DNA of 64,000 nucleotides from Vitrella brassicaformis CCMP3155. Lineage: Eukaryota; Protista; Chromerida. A model generated the notes under the pieces. The model did not search any database. It was not told the DNA's origin and saw only the letters and a program-made list of their open reading frames with translations. Position numbers and translations under genes: made by a program. Below are positions 24,601 through 36,220 of the stretch, piece after piece; position 1 is the first letter of the stretch; the number at the start of each line of letters is the position of its first letter. The DNA lies in contig CDMY01000821.1 of the NCBI GenBank assembly GCA_001179505.1, positions 1-64,000 on the forward strand, written 5' to 3'.

Positions 24601-25614
24601 GAGCTCTGTTCTTGCATGTTTGTCGCTATGTCACCTACCTGAGGCGTAGCATTCTCCTTGTGCCAGTGGTCTTGATTGGAAAGACCTGCCAAAAGCCACG
24701 CTGTCCTCTGAGGCTGTGTCGGCTATGAGCAGCACAGCTGTCGTGTTCAGCCGCGACGGAAATCGGGCATTCACGACGCGGCCCTGCAACACCCACCTGG
24801 GCACTCAGACATACGTGCACATCAAGCAGGTCATTTGTTTCGATTTGTGTTGGTTGATCGATCCACCCAGGTGACCTACACACCTTACCTTGGCACGACT
24901 CCCCGGACGGCCTTTTCGTGCTTTCTCCTGAGCTCGCTGGCCAGATAAGAGACGTCGACAAACTGGATGGACATCTCGTCGGTGCCATTGCCAGCCTGCC
25001 CCCAGGTGAGCATGGGTGGCGACGGCCCCACCCCCCCTCCCCCTCCCGGTGCGGGAGGGTGGGGCGGCACGGGGGCGACTGTCTTGGACTGCAGTGGCGT
25101 GTACAACAGATCCGTCTCGCCAAGGTCGTTCTCCGCCAGCTGCACACATACATGACATGCATGCGGTGAAAGAAGGAAACAAAAGGATGGACAGACAGAC
25201 AAGTAGACACGGGCGCGAGGTGCTCGTCGTTCCTTGTCAGCCAGCCTCTCTGGGTCTCCTGTGTTGTGGTCGCACCTTGAGGAATATGATGGGGGATAGC
25301 TGGATTGCATTCTGCAGCAAGGCGGTGAAAAACACCACGAGAAACACCTGAAGGGAAGGAGAAAGGCAGAGAACAGGGATGGCCCCACGCATCAGCCATC
25401 GAATGGAAAGATGCACGCACGATAGATAGCTTACTGTGGCAACACCGATGCGGCATGGGCGCAGGTTTCGGCCAAGCTGGGAGAGCGCATACGTGACCGT
25501 GATCTTCAAGTCTGACAGACATGGCACCGATCGGTGTGCATGACGTGACCAAACTGCCGTTTGCTTACTTCCAGACCACGTGTTGGCCGTCTTCCTCACG
25601 TCCTCTTCAATCAT
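18660..25614 (-). CDS. FtsX/MacB-like (DUF214) multi-pass permease, protist type
   Basis: CRIGVAT|VFLVVFFTALLQNAIQLSPIIFLK|LAENDLGETD; LFLDNLFAAVVFVLVLLSIVLVYSLMLNDVEDKTYEFGMLRALG; IPGLSMGLL; NIVPIRRALSKTLRDALD; KNLQGHGKRNAKT; second FtsX block VYESLSLTLSSILLGTVLGGVVAITLTVQFNLF|ELPFVFLFP. Stop at 18660. Confidence 0.85.
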
Positions 25615-25774
25615 CGCAGATCGACGAGCCCTGATGGAGAGCAGAAGAAGCACACGATCACACAAGGCAAGGCGGCATGGAATGCATCCATCGACCTTGC
25701 TTCACATCCATACAGATCAGCATCAATTGATCAGCATTGCGTGGTATGGGATTCCCTTGCTTCTTCGGCTGCTT

Positions 25775-25873
25775 GGGGTTTAGGGTTAAGGGTTTTCTGG
25801 GGTGTAGGGTTTGAGGGGCTTAGGGTCTAGGGTCAGGGTCTAGGGTTTAGACTAAACCCTAGACCCTAGACCC
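25775..25873. promoter_or_regulatory. Telomere-like (TTTAGGG variant) palindromic repeat / telo-box in the divergent promoter between the permease and eIF2B-epsilon-like genes
   Basis: Degenerate TTTAGGG/TCTAGGG units, then a perfect 15-bp inverted repeat gggtctagggtttag-a-ctaaaccctagaccc (25836-25866) containing AAACCCTA. The array ends 14 bp before ATG 25888. Confidence 0.75.
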
Positions 25874-25887
25874 GCGCCCTTTTCTCC

Positions 25888-28800
25888 ATGGCTGCGAGCG
25901 TTAAACACAATAACCAACCAACCAGCAAGGATGCGGCAGCGGCAGATGACACGCGAGCTGCACTGCAGGCGCTGGTTGTCGTGGAGCGAGATTTTAAAGG
26001 CAGAACAGACCAGCGAGATGAGTCGATGCACCTGTCGGAGGCTGATCTTCGCCCTCTGCTCAGATTCCTGATAGAGAATGAGGCCAAGGAGGTCTACTTC
26101 CCCATCAAGAGTGCGGGCTTGAGAGATCGGCTTGCGGCGGTTGTCAAGGGCGTGCCTGAGGTGAAGCGCAAGCTAATATCAGTGGAGGTGCTGCAGCTGT
26201 CGGAGGACTGCGAGAACTTCGGGGACGTCCTGAGGGAGACCGGCCACCACAACGTCATCAGAGACCACTTCGTGCTGGTCAGTCAATCAACACACACACA
26301 GTACAGGACATGGTGTGTGGCAAGGCAGGCACTGCTTCATTTGGCTCGTTCTGCAAATGCGTGTGCGGTGCCGTGCCGTGCTGTGTTGACTTGATGCAGG
26401 TCCACGGGGATGCGTTATCGACGTGCAGAGGGCTGGTCCGCAGCGATGAGGAGCCGGCCTCCAACGGTGTGGGTGTGGATGCTGCTGCTGCTGCATCTGG
26501 ACCGGTGGGCCGGTTGAGCCCTGCAATCAGCAACCACAAGGACCACAGCCGCAGCGGCATTCCCGTCCTCGTCACCCAAATATACCAACTCAGGTCGGTA
26601 GGATCGGCTGGATGGATGGATGGAGGGATGCATGTGGGTGCACCTTGCTGTCTGTGACTGGGCTGCTTGTTGTGTTGTCATGTCAGGGGGGGTGGCTGTG
26701 GCTGTGATGCAGTGGATGTGGACGAGGCCTTGGTGGGCTACGACAGGCAGACGGGCCAGCTGCTCCTCGACGAACCCATACAGTCCAGCAAAGCCGCCGC
26801 CGTGCCTGTCATACTCTCTACCGTAAGCCAACACAACCACCCACTTTGTCTGTCTGCACGGCACACGATACGATCGCTCGGCTCGGCCGCGTTTCTGTGT
26901 GAATGCTCTATCTAGGGGACGGAGAAGGGCGGCGGCGGCGCGCTGATCGGAGCTCGTGGTGTGGTGCTTCGGTGCGACCTGGCCGACGCCCACCTGGCGG
27001 TGTGCAGCCCCGATCTGATCAATGTGTTCCAGGACGAAGTCGACTACCGACACCTCAGAAGCATCATCCGCAAATGCATCAAAGACGACGTAGGCGCACA
27101 CGCACACACCAACACCAGCGGGGGGGAATGGGTGCTGCTCGTTTGGGTGGAAGCCTGTGCACACGTGTGTATGTGTATCAGGTCCAGACGCACTATGTGT
27201 ATGCTGCAGTGCTCGACAGGTCGCCCGTGTCGGATCAGCCCTCGACGGCCAACGGCACTGACCCCCTTGCAGCCACCATGAAGGTGAGGCACTGAGCGAG
27301 CGAGTGAGAGGGGTCAGGGAAGAATGAAGCATCGTTGGCTGGACTGAATGTGTGTGCCGTCAATCAGCTGCCGCCTCATCGATTTGACGAGGACAGCAAA
27401 TACGAAAGGTTCGCAGCACAGCACAGAGCAGTACAGCAACCCTCACCCGATGAACGTGTGGGCGTGTGCCGGGGCTGGCAGTGTGTTTGACTTCGACCGT
27501 CCGTCTGAGGTGCCCGAAGACGACGAGGATGATGAGCGTGAGTGGGGCGACAACGACGGCCTCTACGCCACTGACCCCCACACACACAAACCATTCACCA
27601 AGGACGAAACCGATATGATCAAGAGCGTACGCTTCCAAACACCCCACCCAGTCAGGAGCACTGGGCTGGACTGTGTTGTGTTGTGCTGTGCTGTGCTGTG
27701 CTGTGTGGTGTGGTGTGGTGCCCCTTTCCCCTGCAGGTTCGTCCGTTGGTTCGTGAGGTGTTGCGTGGCTGCGACTGCGAGGGGGCCATACTGCAAATCA
27801 ACACACAGAGAGTCGCACACCAACTCAAGTCAGTCAGTCAGCACACACTCGCATCTCACAGGCCACACAGACAGCCGCAGCCAGCGCGGCAACCGCTAAG
27901 TCGATTGGTTGCATCGTCTACCTACCTCCTCATCAGGCCAGTGGATGTGGTTCGTTTCGTCGTGCCTGAGTTCCTCAAGCGGCTGTCGCAGCTGGCACAC
28001 GAACAACACCTGCCACAAGAACCCGGATTCGTAAGAGGATGGATGGCTGGATGGCTGGATGGCATGGCACGTAGGCTTGTATGTATGTATGTGTGCCTGT
28101 GTTGTGTGTCAGGAGGACTGGTGTGGTTTGCTGCAGTCGCAGAGCATCAGCGACTTCCTGCAGGGGCTGTGCGAGGGACAGGATCAACACAAACTGCAGG
28201 TAGGGGCGGGCCGTCCGCAAGGACGGACGACGGATCGATCGGCCTGACGCTGGCCATACTCACTGCCTGCCTGCTGTGGGTGGGGCGGGTTGTGTGTTGG
28301 TTGGGTTGCTTGATTCGATTCAGGCTGAGATCTGCACTCAAATCATGCACCTAGCCACAAGGCAAGCTGAGCTGCCTCCTTTGCAGTGCACACCACAGCA
28401 CAGACAACTCAACTAACTTGTGATTATGTACCTCATTCATGTGGTTGTTTATGTGTTGGTTGACGCGATGCACACGCGAATACCTCCCATACAGGGAGTC
28501 GTTCAGTTACGGCAGCCGGCGGCTGACGTCCCCCGACGACCATCCTGGATCGTCCATATCCCCGTCTGCTGGGTCGGAGTGTCTGTCGAATGTCTTCCAC
28601 CGCTCCCGTGCGCTGGCACAGATGTTCAGAGCCCTTGTGGAGGAGGAACTCATCGACGAGGACACACTGGCTAGGTGCGCACCACACCATCGATGGATGA
28701 CCCAGCCAGCCACAATCAATCAATGCCACACGGACGGACGGCTGTGTCGTTGCGTGTCGTGTCGTGTTGTCTACAGCTGGCTCGGGGGCTTCGAGGAACG

Positions 28801-29094
28801 ATAGTAAGGAAGGAAGGCCGATCAATCGACTGCATTCATTGCAAGGGCGGAGAGCAGACATCCCTCCCTCCATCGACTGTGTGTGGTTTGTTCTGTATGC
28901 ATGTGGGCACCGATCGGTCGACCGATCAGCCGTGACGACGACACGAGACTGCAGTACTATGCTCCCAATGGCCCTCTGAAAGCACTGCACAGGTGGGTGA
29001 CCGACACAGCCAGCCAGCCAGCCAGGCAGGCAGGCATGCCACTGACGAACATGGGTGCACGTGTGTGTGCAGATGGCTGGAAGAAGCCGAGTGA
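25888..29094 (+). CDS. EIF2B5: Translation initiation factor eIF2B epsilon-like protein (NT-like domain + W2/HEAT; no left-handed beta-helix seen)
   Basis: LQALVV; SEDCENFGDVLRETGHHNVIRDHFVLV|HGDAL; VLRCDLADAHLAVCSPDLINVFQDEVDY; acidic linker; C-terminal MFRALVEEELIDEDTLAS|W...|KALHR|WLEEAE*, a typical W2 aromatic/acidic box. Confidence 0.72.
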
Positions 29095-29449
29095 TGATGA
29101 TTGTTGTTGCGTGGGGCGAATTCCAGCAATCGATGGTGGTGCTCTTTATTCGAATGGCGCGTTTGGTGCACCACGTGCTGCGCATGTCACGTGTGGTATG
29201 GATGACGTGAGTGACTTGGAGAGGAGAGCTCACTGTTTGATGCAGACACACTTGGCTTGGCCGATGAATAAATGAATAAAGAAGGCATTTTACTTATTTA
29301 TATGTGTGTACAAAGCTCATTCAGTGTCTGCACAGACAGACAAACAATAGTCAGTGAGTCAGTGAGTCAGTCGGCCACAGAGGTCTGTCTGTCTCGCATG
29401 CACACGTGTTCTTTCCGCGCACACACGCTGACATCCCCCCATTAATTAG

Positions 29450-30744
29450 TCAGGGGCTCTTCTCGGCATCGACCAGATGGGGAGGGAGGTGGAGGGTCAG
29501 AATGCCGTCAATCTCATTCACCACAGGCCTGTCAGGCAGGACACACAGTGCAATCAATGCAATCAAGCCGTGATGGAACCCACAAGCACGGACGCGGCAT
29601 GTGCGGTGCGCGTGTGGGTATGTCAGTCGGGTGTCCTGCATGCCTGCCTGTCTGCCTGCCTACCTGAGTTGGCAGAGGAGTGCGTTGACTTCTCTGGTGG
29701 CCTCCTCGAGACTTCTGTAGCCGAAACGCCTGAACACACAAATGAACCAACAAGACAACCGGCAATGAGCCACCGCTGGGCTGATCCTTCTTCAACCCTT
29801 CTTTGGTTCCTTGGCTTACTTGAGTAGTTCTTCTCGGGAGGGGACCAGGCCCATAGCCATGCTGCAGATGTTGCGGGCCCAAAACCCTGTATGTGTACAT
29901 GCACATGTGAGGGGGGGAATGACACAAACAACCAACAACCAACGCAGCCAAACAATGGTGCGGTGATCGCATCAGTCCGTCAGTTAGGTCGCTTCGGTGA
30001 CGGGCTTCCATCAGTCTATCGGCACGTGCATACCGTGGTAGGGCTCGAGCACCCTGGTGTAGGTTTCCTGTGCGCACTTTTTGCTCGAGTGGTCTGGCTT
30101 GAGCAGCAGCAGCTCCAGGAAGGTGCACACGAAGTCCAACGCACGCTTCAGCCACAGAGTGGAGCGGGTGCCGCTCTTCTTGTCCTCTAGAATGGCATCA
30201 GGACCCCTGTGTGCACACATACAAGGTATGTATGGATTTGCAGACAGCTCAGCTTTGTTCAAGGGCATGACCGACGGACTTGTGTGCGATTTCGGCTTCG
30301 ACCATGGTGCGGATGGTCTCGTTGACGGCGGGCTGCTCGAGGAACCGATGCCGCACCTTGTCGGCCGTGCCACTCAAATCATCCTGACGCGACACGTCAG
30401 GCGGTAGAGGCCACCCCACCCACGACAGGCACAGATCACATCGAGACAGTCCAGACAGGCAGACAGACACACACACTCAGAAGGCTAGGCTTACCTACCT
30501 TGAGTATTTTGGATATCATCCCCGCCCCGAACAGTTTGTCATAGACGGGCAGCATGCCCACCGCACCCTCACACGTAGCCACTGCACCCAACACAACACA
30601 GAGAAACAACGCCTCACAAGTGCCGCCGCGGTACTTGGGAATTTGTGGCTGCTGCTCACGTGTGAGTATTTCTCCGGGTTTGCTGCGCGCCTCCTCAAAC
30701 GTCTTGCCCATCTGCATGAACGAAAACCTATCGGCGTGGCCATC
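29450..30744 (-). CDS. Glycolipid transfer protein (GLTP/HET-C2 family); first exon unresolved
   Basis: MLPVYDKLFG, DDLSGTADKV, SGTRSTLWLKRALDFVCTFL, AQETYTRVLEPYHG|FWARNICSMAMGLVPSREELL; stop at 29450. Confidence 0.88.
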
Positions 30745-31107
30745 CTGCAATGCATCGATACACAAAGGAAAGACAGATGACATCAATTGTGTGGTGTGGG
30801 CACGGGGTTAACGGGAAGCGCATCGGCACGAGGGAGGAGTCCATCAAAAAGAATGCATCATCAATCATGCCATGACTGGACAGAGAGACCAGAGCGTGTT
30901 TAATTGCCTTTCATGTATGGACCTGATGCGCCGCTGCAGGTGACCCTCCCCACCACATGCTTCCCGTTGTGCCGTTCATCGGTTGTTCTTTTCTTTTCCC
31001 TTAGGTTCTCTCCGGGGAAAGCTCGCATGGCATTTCGTGAAACTGTTCGCTCAAGGGATGGGATGAGAAGAGGATGAGGGAAGACAGCAATAGGATGAGC
31101 TAGGCCG

Positions 31108-32262
31108 ATGTCGTTGATTGGTGAGGCTGCGTTCGGTCACAAGGATCTTCCCTCAGTAGTCCGATTACTCTCTCTCTGCGCTGTGTGTGCTGATCTGCCA
31201 GGCCGGTTCAATTTGGTCATCAATGCAGGTGGGCGCCTCACGCACTGTCGATTTTGTGCCTTACTTGCCTTGTGTGCATTTGGCAGGTTCAGCCAAGCCC
31301 TCGCCGGCCATCGGGCAGGCACTCGGGCCCCTCGGCATCAACATGATGGTGCGTACACACCGCACGGACATAAAGGGCACATGGCATGGAGTGCATGGAA
31401 TGGATAGCCATGTGTTGTGCGCCTGACGTCTGCCTGGCAAAAGCAATTTTGCAAGGAGTTCAACGCTCGTACGTCCAAGGTTCGTCCGGATGTGCCCATC
31501 CAGGTGCAGCTGCTGCCTCTGACCGACCGCACCTTTAAATTCTGGCTGAGAGGCCCACCCGCATTCTGGTTCATCAGAAGGGTCAGTGGGGGGTGATGCA
31601 GGCAGGCAGGGAGGCAGACGGCTGGGCTTGTGTAATGTCTGTCTGTTGTATCCCTCGCTCCCTCACCAGGTGGCGAGGGTGCCGCTGGGCAGTGCATACC
31701 CTGGTCACGACATATTGGGCAATATCACACTCAAAGAGATCTACCACATTGCCAAGGTAGGTACTTACACGAGTCGTTCACACACAGACAGGCCGAAATG
31801 GACCAGGCGTGTTGTGTTTGCACTTGTGACTCCTTCGCGTGCTTGACATGAATCCCTCCCTCCCTCAGGCCAAGTGCATGGATCCTCCCTTGGTGGGCAG
31901 ACCTCTCAAGTCGATCGTGGCGGCACTCATCGGAACCGTAAGCCAAGCTTGTCAAGGTGGCACCCACACACACACACGGGCACATACATATACACGTATG
32001 CATTGCATCTCTATACGATAGATCGATCCATATCATATCGTATATGTGTGTATGGTATGTGTCGTCTGCCTGTGGCCTGCCCTGCCCCCCACTGTGCTGT
32101 GCGATGCGTCGGGCGTCTGTGCAGGGCAATGCGATGGGTGTAACGACCAGCCGTGAGCTGCTGCCCGAGTTCATCAAGCGTGACTTCGTGGAGGTTGGGG
32201 CCCTCGACGCCATGAAGGCACGCATCAAGGCACAAAACAAGGCACAAAAGAGGAAGAAGTAG
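31108..32262 (+). CDS. rpl11: Organellar (probably mitochondrial) ribosomal protein uL11
   Basis: MSLIG|RFNLVINAG|SAKPSPAIGQALGPLGINMM|..FCKEFNARTSKVRPDVPIQV..TDRTFKFWLRGPP..GNITLKEIYHIAK|AKCMDP..IGT|GNAMGV. No signal peptide. Confidence 0.93.
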
Positions 32263-32454
32263 AACACACACACGCTGTAGAGATAAATGCGTATGTTGGT
32301 CTTGGGGACTGTACAGTAAGGACTGTGAAGCTAGTATGCCTGTGCATTGATTGCATTTATGTATGCACCTGACGCATCCATCTTGCCGGCCATGCATCAC
32401 CGGTCCCCAAAAGCGGCAGGTCCGTTCGGGCCATTCGTAAACGATTTCACCCAA

Positions 32455-35376
32455 ATGGGAGGCGGCGTTTTTTCTGTGCTTCTGGCGCTAACGTTGGTGG
32501 TCACACACGTCAGAGCGTCTTCAACAAGCGAGGTCATCGAACGGAAAGGTGAGGAGGACGAGGTGGCCCAGCGCGTCAGGTGCTGCAGACCTTCGCACTT
32601 CAGTTAGCAGTTTTCCGAGTGTGGTTGGGGAGGGCCATGACGAGCTCCCAGATGTATTCAGCGGTCAGCCCATTTGCACCACAGGGCCCTGTGCGTTGGT
32701 GGATGGTCGATGCATTGATTGGGTTTCAGGTTCCTTCCTCGCCGCTGACAGAGAGGTTCTCTACCTCTTCGTCAAAAGCGAGGTACTTACTGTAGGAATG
32801 AATGCATTTCTCAATAGGAATCCACGATTCATTCGCTCAGCGTCCTATGGAGACATCGCCGCCCGTCATAGTGTGGTTTGGTCCTCGTCCGTCATGCAGC
32901 GCCAGCGCTCTACACGCCGCCTTCAACGCACTCGGGCCTCTGCAACTCACATTCTCGCCCAACACACGGCCTACGCTGCAGTCCAACACACACAGCTGGC
33001 ACAAGGCCGCCCATCTTCTCTTTGTCGACTTCTCGGCACCACTACACGGCTCTCGGGACGGCCGGGACACATCAGTGAGGCGGTCTTTCGCCCAGTTCTA
33101 CGTGCCGTTCTCGAGGAAGCACTTGACGGACGGGGCTGCCTTCGGTCCTGCTTGTTTGTTCTTTGCTGGTGAGGGGTCCTCGAGTCACGAGATCGTGATT
33201 GCCGCCGCTCACATGAAGATATACTATCCAGCGTCCAAGGTCTGCGGCATCATCCTGGGTGTGTGAGGCTGGGCTGGCTGAACAAAGAGGCTGGACAAGG
33301 ACCAAAGCCCCAGCCAGCCAGACAGACAGACAGACAGACAGAGTCGCTCTGTTGGCTCACTGTTGGTGCCTTGCCTGCAGGTAATGGATGGCTGATTCCT
33401 TCGGTCCAGCTGTACGCACAGGCCCTGACGGCTCATTCAAGAGGTCACGTCACTCACCGGCATGGATCGAGTGAATCGATCTTCTCGATGTATCCTCTTC
33501 TGCTCCTCCTCCCTCCCTCCCTGTCTGCCTGTTGTCTCTGTCTGCCTGTTGTCTCTGTCTGTTGTCTCAGGTCTGATGTCGTATCGCGCCTCGCAGTATC
33601 TCCAGTGGCTGTGGACACGCAATTGTGCGCCCTTCTTCTCATCCATAGACCAGCAGACAGACCCTGACGACGATCACACCACCACCGACCCACGCAACAC
33701 CCTGGAGTCCTTCGCCGCGTCTATGCGGCCCATGCCCCATGACCACCCCTGTCAGGCCATCCTGGCCGACATCGTCAAAGGCACCGATTTCGCCGTGGAG
33801 CCATTCAACCTGACGGCACTGCAGCCGCTGCGTATGTCTCGGGCGCCGACCGATGCTGGGAGGGGGAGTGACATGTGGGAGTGGCGTGTGGACGCCAGGA
33901 CCAACAGTGACAACATGGACATGTGGGACTTTATCTACTCTCACGACATGATGAAGGCACTCGGCAGACTGCACACCATAGAGACGGGGGCCACAAAGCG
34001 GTAAAAGATACATAGAGACGGACAGATGAGGCACGTTGTCCGTTCCGTGTGTCGACCAGGGGATGGTCGACGGCGCACATGACGTGCCGCACGTCGGTCG
34101 ACACTCTTCGGCCGGCCTACCTGTCATCACTGCTGCCCCTCCTCCCTCCCCTTGCCGCATCGCTGTCCCATGGAGTGCTGCTCTATCACGGCACGGAGAG
34201 CCTCGTGAATGGTGTAGAGGGGGCCGACCTCGCAATCACGCGGCTGTTTCCCCACCTTGCCAGTGTCCAAAGGGCCGCCTGGCAAGTTCAGGGTGAGGTG
34301 AGCGGAGGGGAATGGCAACAAAGAACATGCGCCGTTGGCTGTGCTGTCTGTCTGTCTTGCAGGTGTGATAGCTGGGTATTCTCAGTCGAGTGTGTTGGGT
34401 GAGGTGGCGGGCCACCCCTCATGGGTCCACTATGTCGTCATGCCGGGCGTCTCCCACTCACCCACCACCGACAGGCCCCGCGAAATGCTCGACCTGCTTG
34501 GCAAGTTTATCAGAGGTGATATAGGTACACAGACACACCGACGTCACATAACACATGCACACCCATCCACAGAATACACAGATTGGTTCATGGCCGCCTG
34601 TCTCTCATTTCGTATCAGGAAATGCGTTGGGTCCGCCTGTCGAGTCGTCGGTGCCTTTGGAGTTTGCCATGTCGGCTCCCCCGCCATTCAAATATGGCAC
34701 ACACGCTGTCAGCACACAACACACACCGACGCAGACAAAGCGGAGCGACGGGACCACCTACCGACTATGGGAGATATCATCCAGCGGGCGACTCGTCTGT
34801 GTGGTATCTTGGTTGTTTCTGTAGGGCATGTGTCCATCCTCTGTTGGCGGGCCGCCGTATCTGATCGTCGTGTGTGTCTTCGGAGTCTTGATTGGAGCGA
34901 CGCTCGCCATCTTCTTATTCGCCATGTAAGCTGACGACCGGAGTCGTGTGTCTTGCATTGTGTGCGGCATATGTATGCAAATGCAGCCTGCACAGACCCG
35001 TCAGTGTCCGATCGCTGTCGCCTCGTTTTCTTGACAGACGGACACGGTAAAGCAGGCAGGCAGGCAGGGAAAGATCCGTCGTGTCTCTCTAGCTGTCTCT
35101 TGGATACCTGTCTGTCTCTCTGTCTGTGTGTGTCCATCGCGCGATAGCAGGGACTGCCCCAGCGTCCCGCGTCACTCGTCAGTCCACAAGCCAGCGAAGC
35201 TCACCCGGCCCCCTCCGCCCCGCACCATCACTGAGATGACCGCTGACATCCGTACGTCCACCCCCTCTATCACCACGCAGCCCCCACGGGCAGGTGGGTC
35301 GCAGGGCGGCCGGCGGCTCGTGCCGCCACCACCACCCCCGCCCGCCAAGCATGCCAGAACAAATGAGGTCAGCTGA
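32455..35376 (+). CDS. Serine carboxypeptidase S10-like type I membrane protein (Kex1-like topology), probably catalytically inactive
   Basis: Signal peptide MGGGVFSVLLALTLVVTHVRA; HLLFVDFS; LFFAGEGSSSH; GIILG|NGWLIP; NMDMWDF; VLLYHGTESLVN; HYVVMPGVSHSPTTDRPREMLDLLGKFI; TM PYLIVVCVFGVLIGATLAIFLFA; Pro-rich tail, stop 35376. Confidence 0.75.
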
Positions 35377-36220
35377 CAAGCACGGAGGGGTGAGCATCAA
35401 TCAGCTGGGGACTGCCTGATTGATTCGGTTGTGATGGTGTTTGTTTTGTTCAGTGTGGTGTGGATGTGGGCATGACGGAGCGACTGCTGCAGGAAGAACC
35501 AAGGCACGAGGTCATGACATGAATGACCATGTGAGTCTCCATTCTCACATACATACTTACATGTGTATCATGGATGGGATGGGATGGGTAGGGCGAGAGT
35601 TGCACGGCATGATCGATGGGACGGACGGGCAGCGACCGTACCCTGACCTCACTCGTTTTCGGTATAGATGTCAGTCACATATCGGTTGAGTGAGTGAGAA
35701 CACTGTCTGTCCTCAGTTCGTCACACAGCATAACACAACACAACACAACACAGCACTGTGTGTATGTGTGTCCTTCGAGTGAGTCAGTGATCAATCGACC
35801 GACAGACAGACAGACAGACAGATATTCTTTCACTGACAGACTGTCACATACATGGAATGGACGGCTGAAGCAGCCAGGCAGGAGCTTTAAACGCCCTCTA
35901 GCTCGTAATTGGCACACCACACCACACCACACCCATTTCCTCATTCTGTGAGGAAAAATTACCCCCCTCTCGCTGGCTGCGCTGCCTGGCCTTCATGAAG
36001 TCCCCCACCCTCTGCAAAGCATTGCACGCAAACTGCCATTGCGCCCCCACTCCATCCCCCACACGCCCCCACTCCATCCCCCACACCACAGCAGCCTTAG
36101 TGACTCTGTGTGCAGGCACCGCCCGCGGCACTTGCTTTGTGAACGTACTCACAGTGAAGACAGGCGGGCAGCCCACAACGACAGACAGGGAGGGGGCAGA
36201 GTAGCTGGCCATCTATCTGT

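Noticed and set aside
18660-25614. Bacterial contamination or a recent HGT island (FtsX permease; also the beta-lactamase domain and uL11)
   Set aside because: All carry many spliceosomal introns with host-type microsatellites and host-like composition.
25775-25873. True chromosome end or a fusion scar of two telomeres
   Set aside because: The arrays are short (about 60-100 bp), degenerate and embedded among intact genes, and a similar one sits inside an intron; an interstitial element is more parsimonious.
35898-36212. 104-aa minus-strand ORF downstream of Psb27
   Set aside because: No motif and partly repeat-derived; most likely the Psb27 3' UTR.
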